Positions 30,918 to 42,680 of a DNA stretch of 64,000 nucleotides are shown one piece after another; the first letter of the stretch is position 1; each line of letters starts with the position of its first letter. Made by a program: the position numbers and the translations under genes. The notes under the pieces are model-generated. The model did not search any database, was not told the origin of the DNA, and worked only from the letters and a program-made list of their open reading frames with translations. Source of the DNA: Stylophora pistillata (lineage: Eukaryota); contig NW_019217789.1 of the NCBI RefSeq assembly GCF_002571385.2, positions 1,403,876 through 1,467,875 on the forward strand. The letters run 5' to 3'.

Positions 30918-31901
30918 TCAATCTTCGTACATAACTTTCACTTGATCAGGAAGGTTATCGGAGTCAAGCCATTGCCAACCGTAGTAGTTTGTCTTTGGGA
31001 ACTTCCGTGGAACGTCGTAAAAGAACACATTCTTGTATTCTTTGCCTTTCTTCTGCCACTCGAGCCAAATTTTGTCCAGGAAGGAATGATGAGGGACTAC
31101 TTCAGGCGCGTTTGCAGCTTCGGTTGTAAACATGGTTCCGCCGACATACCAGTGTATTTCGTTATGGTAAATTTCTCGTAGTATTTCTTCAAATTCCAGA
31201 AACTCTTCTACAGGCAGAGCTAAAGTGCTCTTCATATGTTCTTTATCTCCGGTGAGATGAAGGTAACTGAAATTCCTCTTTAAACATCCTCCTCCCCCAA
31301 TTTTCAGCAGGCTCCATTTGTCCCCGCTAAACGGTCCATCGACAACGCACAAATTTGGAGTTGTTCCATCGCCGCCCAGCCCGTGCGCGCCTGGGCTCCA
31401 GAAGTCCTCTTTACCAAACCCTCCCCACCAGTGGTTGGCGACTCGACTCCAGTTCCAATAAGGGATGGTTACGCGACAGTCAACACGGCGCAGCAGATTT
31501 TCAAACTCAACTAACCACCACCGATGCCAGGGTAGGAAGATTTCCGGGCCTTCGTGAAGCAATTCGGTAGGGGTGTACATGATATGATAAGCGACTACTC
31601 TTCTGTAGTCTTTTCTGAAACTAGGATACGTTGAAACGATTTTGTAGGCGTCGAGAAAACGACGTCTTTCAAGGATGTCCATTTTAATGAAATCCTTCCT
31701 CACACGGTAACAGTTGACAAGTTCCCCATTTCGACATTCACAACGTTCTTCACACTCGTTTAAAACAAAGCTTCCTTCCCAACAGCCCCTGTTTAGATCC
31801 TCATAATTTGCTTGAAAAACGATATTTTCTTGTGTGTTGGCTTGTGCAATGCTCCAGCTGATCATAAAGTACGTAACAAACCAATGCCAAGCTATTGCCA
31901 T
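30918..31901 (-). CDS. Secreted tyrosinase-like (type-3 copper) protein, 327 aa, single coding exon
   Basis: Signal-peptide-like MAIAWHWFVTYFMISWSIAQA and a Cys-rich N-terminal segment. CuA histidines in AYH, LLH and FLPWHR; IPYWNW motif; CuB HNEIH...GGTM...HHSFLDKIW. A polypyrimidine tract and AG just upstream (about 31913) suggest a 5'UTR intron. Confidence 0.92.
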   Translation of the reverse strand: MAIAWHWFVTYFMISWSIAQANTQENIVFQANYEDLNRGCWEGSFVLNECEERCECRNGELVNCYRVRKDFIKMDILERRRFLDAYKIVSTYPSFRKDYRRVVAYHIMYTPTELLHEGPEIFLPWHRWWLVEFENLLRRVDCRVTIPYWNWSRVANHWWGGFGKEDFWSPGAHGLGGDGTTPNLCVVDGPFSGDKWSLLKIGGGGCLKRNFSYLHLTGDKEHMKSTLALPVEEFLEFEEILREIYHNEIHWYVGGTMFTTEAANAPEVVPHHSFLDKIWLEWQKKGKEYKNVFFYDVPRKFPKTNYYGWQWLDSDNLPDQVKVMYED

Positions 31902-32007
31902 CAGCCTTACCTCTGTAAACTTTGAAAAAGAAAAAAAATTAATTGGCACGAAGTAAACGGGAACAAGTTTTAATCATATTTTCAAGCATCAGTTACTTCT
32001 TATTAAA

Positions 32008-32833
32008 TAATTTGGATATATCAACAAAGTTGAAATGGTAAATTGGCCACCGTAACAATTACAAAAGCTGACGTTTCGAGCGTTAGCCCTTCGTCGGAGC
32101 GAATAGAGGAATTGTGGGTTGTGTGTGCTTTTAAAGGCAGAAAATGGAGCTACGTTATTGGTGGGAACATGGCAACGAGAAAAACAAGAATAAATTAGTT
32201 AAATGCGCTCGTGCACGATGCAAAACGTGTCCTTTCATTCACAACACTGATAAAATATCGGGGCCTAAACGATCCATTAAGATCACCGATCACTTCACGT
32301 GCAGCTCCGCCGATGTAATCTGTTGCATAACTTGCACTTATTGCAAAAAGATATACATCGGCGAAACAGGCAGAAGACTAGGTGACCGATTCCGAGAACA
32401 CCTTCGAGACGTATCAAAACCAGTCGCTAGACATTTTAATTTACCTAATCATTCTAAGCAACATATGGCAATCTGCGGTCTTTCCTTACACTTAGGTGGC
32501 AGGGAAAGCCGTAAAAATCTTGAACAAAAGCTCATCTTTCAAACCGGCAGTCTAAATCCCACAGGGATCAACGAACGCTTTTCATTCCACTAATTTATTC
32601 TTGTTTTTCTCGTTGCCATGTTCCCACCAATAACATAGCTCCATTTTCTCCCTTTAAAAGCACACACAACCTACAATTCCTCTATTCGCTCCGACGAAGG
32701 GCTAACGCTCGAAACGTCAGCTTTTGTAATCGTTACGGTGGCCAATTTACTATTTCAACTTTGTTGATATATCCAAATTATTTCGTTACCCCCACCGACG
32801 CAGCCCCAAACAGTTTCTTTCGAAACTATCAGC
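32008..32833 (+). mobile_element. 5'-truncated Penelope-like retroelement (Neptune-type) with GIY-YIG fragment between inverted pseudo-LTRs
   Basis: Inverted arms at 32008-32199 and 32589-32780 (192 bp each). Interior encodes CARARCKTC...YIGETGRRLGDRFREH...LEQ...GIN. About 55-nt 3' tail. Flanked by the 12-bp direct repeat CTTCTTATTAAA (31996-32007, 32834-32845). Confidence 0.92.
32688..32721 (+). ncRNA. Hammerhead motif, CCGACGA (U4C) variant; mirror copy on minus strand at 32067-32100
   Basis: GCT-CCGACGA-AGGGCTAACGCTC-GAAA-CGTC-AGC in both inverted arms. Confidence 0.7.
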
Positions 32834-33333
32834 CTTCTTATTAAAGTTAATTTCATTTTTGTACGAATTAAAAAAACAAACAAACAAACAAACAGAGAAA
32901 CAGAGGAACCCAGCATTTGCGCATATTAAACTTTAAGGAACCAAAATAAGGATGTCCTTGGAGATAAATTTCAACATCTCTCGCAAAGGGTCTGATATTT
33001 AATGGATAGAATTCGTGGACTCCATGATAAAGAAGCGTCATTCACGAAACGAATCTTAAAGTGGCCGAAGTCAGCTGCATGTAGATCACGAAGAATGAAG
33101 TGCGAGAAAAAGCCCGGTTCAGTCTTAATCCTTTCGCTCGCAGGAGTGACCAAGACAAAATTACTCCTTACAATAGCATGACAAATAATGAGAATAAAGA
33201 AAATATCAATTGGGATATTCCTAGTTGATCCAAGACCAAATTCTCAAAACAATATCATTTGAATTGCAAGGCAGAGAGTAAGGAGAATTACTAGTGAGAT
33301 CTTGGGAGTTAAAAGGCTTCTTTTTTTTTTTTT

Positions 33334-33698
33334 GAGTTTGCTTCAAAACGTACTAAGTCCAACAACAATTACAAACTGCAGGTGAAATTGGCAAACTGTA
33401 ATTGTTATAAATACTCTTTTTTTGTTAAAATCATTCGTGAATGGAATGACCTGCCCGCCAATGTCGTTGAGATAGGTAACTTAACACGTTTCAAAACAGC
33501 TCTTAAATTACACATGCGTATTTCTTAGGTTTTTATCCATCTTAGAGTTTATTAAAAGCATACATTTTTAAATTTTATTTCTTGGGAAGTTTATTTACAT
33601 AGGCTTAACCTCTTAAACTTGCTTTTTAGGGTATTATTAGTGTTGTTAGTTTCTTTGATACCTTAAATAAAGTATGTATGTCTGTATGTATGTGTATG
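33334..33698 (+). mobile_element. 5'-truncated CR1-type LINE (ORF2 C-terminus, 3'UTR, (TATG)n tail)
   Basis: Translates KRTKSNNNYKLQVKLANCNCYKYSFFVKIIREWNDLPANVVE....RFKTAL*, followed by AATAAA and a TATG microsatellite tail. Confidence 0.8.
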
Positions 33699-35889
33699 AT
33701 ATTATTAAGTTTACAAGAGAAACAGAACTTTGAAAACAGTGATGGAAACAATTAATTCCGTTTTCCAATCTAAATTTTGTTTTCTTTGCTGAGTCCCATT
33801 CAATTTATACTGTAGTTTGTTCTTTTTTTTTTTTTTTCGCATGATTGATTTTTGCTGAAACACATTTGCAGTTAATACGCCATAATTTATCAAAGCCAAC
33901 ATATCGATAAAGCTAATCAGAGATGATAATAAGTAACGCTTTCATTTTGCTTATGCCATCCTTTATCATAATTGATTGTCTTTGTAAAAAAAAATGAAAA
34001 AAAGAAAACAGGAAAAACAAAAAAAAAAAAACAAAAGCAACGGACCAAGAGACCCTCAGAGCTGCTTTGAATATTCAGGAATAAAGGCCTCCTTCTTAAC
34101 AGCGGTTTTATACCTATTAAACTGTGTTGGCAAGACGAGATTGTTCAGCGTTTATCATCGTTGTTCTTCACCAATTGACGCGGAGTTATATGTTAAGGGA
34201 ACACCCTTCAAAGGCGCACAGATAAGTGTGCGAAAGAGAAGCAGTGTACAGTTACCGTTGGAAAGATCCTTGGCATGAATGGCCATTTATGATGTTTGAG
34301 ATAAACGCCCGAAGTTTCGCCAAACCGTATACATCGCCTTAATCTGGACTGGACATATCGATACCGCTGAAATACTGTCTCCCATAAAACACACTAATAT
34401 CGCGACAGATACTGTCATGTGATTACAGCCTACCCACGTTTTAGACTCATTTGTAGCGAAAAAGGTGTGAACACCATTTAGAACAAAATTGAATTAAAAG
34501 AGCAGTGTCCGTTGGTTAGGGCTTCGAAACAAAAAAAGGAAAGAAAACCATTTCTTTTTCCCATTCTCGAGTCTGTTTTCGCGACCGTTTAAGGGAATGC
34601 GCTAGTATGGCGTTACTGCTGTTGAAAATGTACAGTAAGAGACCTAAAACTGATGAAAGCTGAAGAGCACTGAAAACCTTTATAGCTTGAGGCTCTTAGT
34701 TCAAGCTAGGTAAGGAGTGACTGTCTCATGTAGTCTTAAAGCCAACACAATAGCTGATAATTTTTCCAGTTACATTTCTCCACCGCGAGTGTTCATTTTA
34801 CTGATTAACCAGCTAATTTTTCAGATCCCGAAATATTAAAATTAATTACGAAGTAACTTAAAGAAATTTAAGGAAAATGATGATTGAATAATTTATCTTC
34901 GAAGAGAAACGGGTTTGGTGCAGGCGAAACGCTTTGTTTGTTTGTTTGTTTTCACTACTAACGACAGAGTCTGCCTTAAAGCTCTAGATCTCAGTTCCAA
35001 TCTTAATAAATAGTATCTTTGATCATAAAGCATCGTATAAAGATTTCTCGACCATACCTTAGAAACAACCACAGAGTTTCACCCGCAAAACGAAATTCTG
35101 CAAACGAGTACCGCCAACAGAAAGCTAAGGAAGTGTTTTAAAATGATTAAATCTGACACCTGCGCTTAACTTAACTGAAATAGCATCCATTTAAAACCAT
35201 AGCCTGGTAACAGGAATAAATGAGATGCCAAATTGACAAGGCTATAATTTGTTTCATTTCGTACTTTACAGAGGGCAAGTCGAGTACTTTGAATCTGTCA
35301 GCAAAAGTTCTCCGTTGCAATTCAACACATTGGTCCTCATTTCAAATGTAAATTATGATGAAATTCAGTGAAAATTTGTCTGAAAAAAAGGGAAACTAAG
35401 TGCACTTCACGCAACGCATGCCAACTGTGGTCTAATTCTGCGTCGAGAGCTTTGAAAAACTGATTTGGCTTTGAGGCGATATTCGCACGGAATTGTATTT
35501 GTTCTTGTGTAAACATTTAGCACTTTTTCTTTTCTTGTCAGATGCCACTCTAATTTAACATTATACGTTTTATTAGACGCAGAAACTAATCATTTCTTTG
35601 ACGTTAGATTTACGAATGAAAGTTTTAATTGTAATGAAAGTTTTTCTAATAGTACAGCCCTGTCTCGCTGGGTGCCTGGTAGACTGGCATGAGCTCTCTG
35701 AGAGGATTCGGTAAAGTGCGTCTGTTTGATGTGCAAGAAAACTCGAGAATTAAAAAAATTAAATAATTTCTTAGTCCTGTTGCTCCCTTGGAGCGTCTAG
35801 TAACCGCATCTAATAACATTCAACAACAAATATGCAAGCATATTTTCGCGAAGATTTGTGTGCTCATCATCATCCAAATATTTTTTACA

Positions 35890-36142
35890 AGGTTATTTTG
35901 GTTTTTTCAACTGAGTTGACAATGTAACTTGGAATGGCACCGTAAAGAGTTTAAAAGTCGACGTTTCGAGTGTTAGCCCTTCGTCAGAGAGCGAATGACA
36001 GAGAGCTGATGCTCGAAACGTCGGCTTTTAAATTCTTTATGGTCGCCAGTTTGCATTATCAACTCAGTTGCTAAAACTAAAATTACCTTGTGATACTCCC
36101 CCACCAACGCAGCAGTTTCTTTACAAACTTATCCCCCTTTAT
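35890..36142. mobile_element. Older-subfamily PLE fold-back pseudo-LTR with tail
   Basis: Imperfect palindrome CAACTGAGTTGA...GACGTTTCGAG.GTTAGCCCTTCGTCAG / GCTCGAAACGTC...TCAACTCAGTTG, followed by tail CCCACCAACGCAGCAGTTTCTTTACAAACT...CCTTTAT. Confidence 0.75.
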
Positions 36143-37249
36143 CAGCTTTTATTCGAATACTTTTTTTCTTTATCTACGGACAGCTTTTTATGTCCTCTGG
36201 TAGGGCGAGCACTTATATTTTGCTTTTTGTAACAGCAGCGAGTAAATTTCACAGCTTGAATTAAACTTAAGAAAAAAAAATGATTGAATCTTACGTATGG
36301 TTTTCCAAATTTGGGAATATTTCCCAAGGTGACTCAACAATTATTAGGTAGATAATACATTTGTCTGCGCTCTTTGTAGTTCTTCCATTCCACTGAAGAG
36401 GTTACCAGATGAAATCACACTGACAGCCTATACTCTAATGCCAGCTGTGCGTATTCCAGCTTCCTTTTTGTTTAATTTGAGTGCGAAATGTGTCCAAATG
36501 GAAGACAAAACAATATATTAAAGTGATCGTTATTTGATCCGAGATATTATTTTCTTTTCATTTGCCTTCCAGCTGCGCGACATGAAGAGGTCTTAGAATG
36601 CGCTCGAACATTTTCACGCTTGCTTTTAAAACGCCATAAAACGCAGCGTGGGTGAAAAACAGCTAAAAAGACTCTAAAGGGCTGGTTTTTGAAGTGTTTC
36701 TTTACAAAGAGTTTTCGTGTAAAAGCATTCGTCCAAACTATTAAAAATAAATTAGCATGGGTCGTCTATTGTTCCTTTGCATTAATCTTTTAGTAAAAGC
36801 AACTGATAAGTTTGTACATATTTCACAGTTGTAGTTCTTTTTCGTTAACTTTTTGTATGTGGGTAACTTTTGTTCTTTAACAAGAGCCAAAACTTAAAAA
36901 TTGCTTGTCATTTAGAAAATTCGACTATCTTACCGTTTTCGCTCTTTTTCTTGCAAACTTTTTTTTTTTTCGTGCTATCCACACAGTGCAATATTTCTCA
37001 AACTCTCCCATTCTCCTACCCATTTCTGTTTTTATAGTTTAGTGCTCTAATGACGTATTTGAAAATTTTTTCAATTTATTTTTTAACCGAAATTGAAAGT
37101 AACGGTGGACCGGTAGAAAAATAATTACAATTAGTATTAACTTTTAACAACTTGTTTATTCGACAATATCTGCTGTCGGAGAGAAGTTTTCTCTTTGAAA
37201 GATTTTACTTGTTCTCTCCAAAACAGATAGAATCGTGTTTTAACCTCAG

Positions 37250-38365
37250 TGTTTCAAAAAGTCCTAAACATGCCAATAGCATCTGTGACCATAAACTTTT
37301 CACAAAGATTTTTACGGCTAAAAAAACTCGGGAGGAAGATTGCCGGAGAGGTTGTCCCTCGCAAAAGGATGCTCAACAAGCTTGTTCCGACGACAGAAGG
37401 GTTTGGAAATATTCAAAATTATAAAAAATCAATCCACGACAAAAATTGCACCAGACTACACTTCCAAACTTAACCCAACTGTAAGCTTTCCTGGATTTGT
37501 TAATGAGCGTTATCCTCAAACTCTCATTTCTTCCGAAATAAGCGTTCACCCTCCGATCAAACTCATCAAAAAAATAAAGGGGACCGCATTCCATTCGCTC
37601 TCACGTTTCACCTTAACCACGCAGTTAAATTCGTTATTCTTAGAAACTTTAAATTACTTCAAAACGATCTAGACACTGGCACTATCTTTTCGTAATCTCC
37701 ACTTATTTTATTCAAATGTGACAAAAACGTGGGCAACTTTTTAGTCAGAAGTTCATTTCAAACTAATGACCCCGGCCGGAACCCGGAAATTTTAAATGCT
37801 CTCGCGCACAATGCAAAGCTTGTCCTTTCATTCACAACGCTGAGAAAATATCGGGACCCAAACGATCCCTTCATGTACATCTCCGCCAATGTCATCTATT
37901 GCATAACTTGCATTTATTGCAAACAGATATACATCGGCGAAATAGGAAGACGATTAGGTGAACGATTCCGAGAACACCTTCGCGACGCATCAAAACCAGT
38001 CGCTAGACACTTTAATCTACTTAATCATTCTAAGCGGCATATAGCAGTCTGCGGTCTTTTCTTACATTTAGGTAGCTAGGAAAGCCGCAAAACTCTTAAA
38101 CAAAAATTTATCTTTCAAATTGGCACTCTTAATCTCATAGGTATCAAGGAACGCTTTTCATTCTTCCAATTCATCATTCTTGTTTGTCTCGTCACCATGC
38201 TTCCTACCAATAGCGTAGCTCCACTTTTTGCATATAAACACACACACAACCTGCAATTTCTCCATTAGCTCTGACAAGGGGCTAACGCTCCGGAAACGTC
38301 AGCTTTTTAACTCTTTAAGGTGGCCAATTTACAATTTCAACTTAGTTGATAAAACCGAATTATCA
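37250..38365 (+). mobile_element. Degenerate Penelope-like element (RT-distal linker, GIY-YIG, pseudo-LTR)
   Basis: Frameshifted remnants FSQRFLRLKKL, RIPFALTFH, KNVGNFLVRS and VIYCITC..CKQIYIGEIGRRLGERFREH. A decayed hammerhead follows at about 38267-38303. Confidence 0.85.
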
Positions 38366-41300
38366 TGAAAAAGAAGTTTGGATGTTTATTCATAAATCAT
38401 TCTTCCTTGTTTTCTTTTATGGAAATGGAGTCTAACTCATAATAAATGCTCTATGCTGGTTGTTAATTTGCGATACTCTACAGGTTTTAATTTCTACCGA
38501 GTTGAGGGATTTTTTATTTGTTAGCCCCGTCTCGCTAATGGTAAGCTGTAATCATTAATGAGCCAGTTTTTCGTTAATAAAAAATTGCAAACCACGACGG
38601 CGACGGAAACAATTACGAGGCAACGAGGACGTGGCAAAACAAAAGATCAGACAGTAGCTCAGCACGTACGTTTTCAAACTTTATACATTTCTTAGCTGTC
38701 CTCTGCAAAAGCGTGAAATCACTAGAATTTGCGTGACCTGAGAACGGAACTCCTGCCTGCAAGTCATTCGTGAAAACTTTCCATTTGAAACTCCACGGCC
38801 GCTCACATGTATTATGATAAAGTTGAGGTGAGGCGCCGTGACAACAGACGGTAAACACGTTCAGCCATTCGCGAAGTCCTAACTAAATATACAGATTCAT
38901 TTTTTTAATCGACGTCTTCCTTCGCGTTGCTGTTCTTTTTTAGTTTTCGCTAGTGCCGAGCCGCAGTCGTCAGCCGGGGGGATTTGAAAGGAAATTGAGC
39001 GTTGGGGAAGGGGGAGGTGGAAGGGAAATCTGTCGCCCTTGTTGCGCATTGGCTGGCGTAAAATTTCATTTTTGCCCCTTCCCTCCCTACCCTCCATCCT
39101 CAATCCAATTTTTTTGAACCGACCACTCAAGCTACCGGTATTTTACAACCCGAATCGTGGAGTCACGCAGTATGAAACTACTTCATAAATATGCAACAGA
39201 ATGCACTGGACTGAAAATGGAATACAATGAGACCATTTTTTTTTTTACATTTAGCGATTTCAATCGTGATTATGCTAAAATTCACCAAGCCGTGACGCTA
39301 ATTCTAATAGATTCTTTGATTTAGTCCTTTTGCTTCAACTTAATTTAAAAATCACCCTCATGTCCTTAGTCAGTCTTCTACTCAAAATCCAACTAATGTA
39401 TGCCCAAGCAATTAATAACGCATATGACACAAAAAACTAGTTATATTTGGTGCTATTTCTTTTATTTTACGCGCAAAGGGTCCATTTACACTTAAACTAT
39501 AAACCTTAAAAATGACTGACTCCAGATTTCTCCTCTCCCTATCACCTTCGAATCAAATAAAAAGGTCACGCGGACAAAGGAAATGACCGTCGATTTAAAA
39601 AGTGCCTGACTATAAAACAAATCAAGTTTTCATCGGCAGAACCATTAGAAATGTGAGGAGAACAGTGTAAAGAATATAAATACTAATGTTAGGTTATCAA
39701 AGTTTGAGCTATGAGATGATTTATCGAACTATGTTTCACTGTAAATTTTTCTTTCCGAACGGAATTTAATTTATCCTGAACACACTGTGCAAGGATGTAC
39801 CATGTGGACTATCTCTAACTGGCGTTTTAGATAAATCATTGCCAATTTGTATCCGCTTCTTTCAGTCAGCATGAACTAAATCTGAGGTGGTTTACCTTAA
39901 CTAGATAAAAGATTTCAAAAGATGTGGGTGTGCGAGAATTTATGGGATCCAACAACGTTTCGCCAGAAATTTCAAGAAGACAAAATAGTTTGTGAATTGA
40001 GTATTCAGTCAAAACAACTGAGGTTCTAGAGCAAGTTTTGGGAACCTTTGATATTAGTTTGATTGTGATCACAACAGAGGGTCTCGATAGGTTAGCCGTA
40101 GCCGTAAAAACCATCGCATCATTGAGAACCTCTTAAAATTGTTGGGTTAAACTCTAAGATTTAGAATTCAAATTACTTTAGTCTTACTTCTTGGTTCAGC
40201 TAAATGTATTTTATTAAGCTGCTTACCTTTTTTTCTTGGTGGTATATCATAACCTGACTAGCGGGCTGAAAAATATTTTGAGCATACGTTTCTTCACCGT
40301 GTAATTAACTCATTTAACATAAAATCAAGACCGTATCTGATAAATATCTTAATTACCATAACTCACTCTGTGAAGCTTGAAATGTTTGTTGCCTTTTTGT
40401 CTGGATGAAACAAAAATTTAATGGGGTGATACAAAGAAATCAGGAGAAGGAAATTAGATTGTCATTTTTTTTTTTTATGGTACTGAATCGCAAAAAGATA
40501 CCTACTCCGTGTTAAGTTAAAAAGACTCAATTAAAAACATAGTTTATATAAGCTTTATTGACCAAGGGTGTGGTCAAGATGGCTGGATACCGGAAGAGTT
40601 CTCGGATCATAAAAATGCCCAGGGCTAATGTCAAGCCATCTTGGCCGAAAAAGCTTAGTCAATAAAGGACTTATCATATTAAAAAAGAAGATTTCACTTT
40701 AATAGGAATCAAGAATGATTTGTTTATTTCGAGATCCGGGAAAGAAAGCCAACTGTGTTGGTCATACAATAAACCCATGAGGGTCAGTTTATTTTTTTCT
40801 CTTTGTTTTAACTGTCTTCTGCCGCTTTTTGCGACTTAATTGTCCGACATTTTCTTTGAGTTATGAACGTGTTTTGTAAGTCTGCCTTACGCCCTGTTTG
40901 TCCAATCTCGTTCCCAGGGGATGTGAGAATCTGGGAACGAGATTGCTTTTTGTCTTGCGTACATGCGTGGGATCAAAGCGGGCAAGATAGGCCCATCTTG
41001 CTTACTCAGGGAGCCAATTAGAACGCAGGATTCGAGTCATATTGTAATTTCTACCAAAACCGTATGGAGAATATTATGGGGAATATGCATAACGATGTTT
41101 AAAAGTAAGGGGTTTCCCTTTTCTGACGCAAAGGACAAAAAAAAGAGAAAAAACCAAGGGGCAATAAGCCACAATTTTTCTTTAAAAATCTACAACTGAT
41201 CTGAGTAGGAGAAAAAGTAGATGTAGAGAGTATGGGTGTAAAAACAAACTCGTGGCTTTAAGATGGGCTCGATTTCCGCCGCTCTCTCGAGTCCGGCCCG

Positions 41301-41384
41301 AGGAACGCGGGCTCCGGTTCCAGAGAAGCGACTGGTAATCGAGCCTATCTTTAGCCATCAGCCGCTACCAGCGACTGTTAGACA

Positions 41385-41830
41385 AAGCCAAGCTACCAAC
41401 ATTGTATAATAGGAGACTGCAAGACATATGTATTTTAATGTATAAGTTTAAACATAATTTGTGCTCGCGGACTATTTGTAATATGTTTTTGACTAACAGC
41501 CGCACTTACAGTTTACGGGAGAGAGATTTTTATCCACCAAGATTTAACACTCTAGGCCCAAGACTCTGGAGCAAGTTATCAAATAAAGAAAGATCGACCG
41601 TCAGTCTCAAGCAGTTTGAGACCCAGGTACGCAAGCTTGAATTAAGTAAAATCTTAGATGGATGTAGTGCATGGCTGCAACTTTGCAATTCATAATTTTA
41701 ATTAATTTTCTCACCGGGTTTTCCTGTATATTGTTTGAAAATATCATTCAGAACTATGTCGATTATATATTCATTTTAGATAGTTTAAGTTAGGTGTCCC
41801 TATGAGCATTGGGGATTCCCCATTACTGAA
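41385..41830 (+). mobile_element. 5'-truncated CR1/L2-group LINE remnant
   Basis: LPTLYNRRLQDICILMYK...YSLR....PRFNT..GPRLWSKL....SLKQF, typical of a non-LTR ORF2 C-terminus. Confidence 0.75.
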
Positions 41831-42680
41831 TGTAAAGGACACAGTAAGAAAGTCGTTATTAGTTTTAGCGGTCAAACGTCAAGTATGCGTCAGCGCATCA
41901 ATATTGAAGGCAAACATGAAAAGCAAACAATAACACGCAGGAGTAATGAAATAGATAAATCGAAAATTTTTAAGTCTTCACGACTGAATCCAAAGTTTTA
42001 TGCACCACGTTTACTACACGTTCGCGACTATAGGTTAAATTTGTCAATTTTTTCGCCTAACGGCTTAACGTTTTAGCCATTTGACGGTTATCATTCAACT
42101 CCACTAACAACATTGTACTACCTGTGTACTATTGAAAACTGCGGTCTTTGTTTACATTATTGTAAAATATTTCACGCGCTCCAAAATATTCAATAATTTA
42201 CTTATTAATGTGACACGTTCCTTGAAAATCGTTTGCTTGTCAGCCCTGAAACTGTGGCGCCACAGAAATAAACAAACACAAGCAGGCAAGCAAACCAACA
42301 AACAAACGGAAAGTTAACCAAATTTGGGAAAGGACTTCATTGTAGAATCTTACATTACCATATTTGGTGTGTAATAAGCGGACGGGTACTACTTCCGGTT
42401 CTTACGTCGAATTACCAAATAGAAGGCTGTTTGAAACCTTGCTTAAGTGCCAAAATTGGCAATTTATGAAACCACTCATTGCATAACCTTCAAAACCAAC
42501 TAACCTAAAATTAGTCGAAACTTCGCAGATAAAAATAGACACGTCTCAATCAAAGGGAGGATCGGTACCTTCACGCCCACTGTTCGCCTTAGAGGTCACG
42601 TTGCTAGCGCGTGATTCCTTTAATGCAAAGAGTCATTATCAAAATTTAAATACCTCTCGTTAGCGACGCAGTGAAGAAAC

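Noticed and set aside
32008-32780. DNA transposon with 192-bp TIRs encoding a nuclease
   Set aside because: The arms are PLE pseudo-LTRs. The asymmetric 3' tail lies inside the TSDs and TSD length varies among copies (11-13 bp), as expected for retrotransposition.
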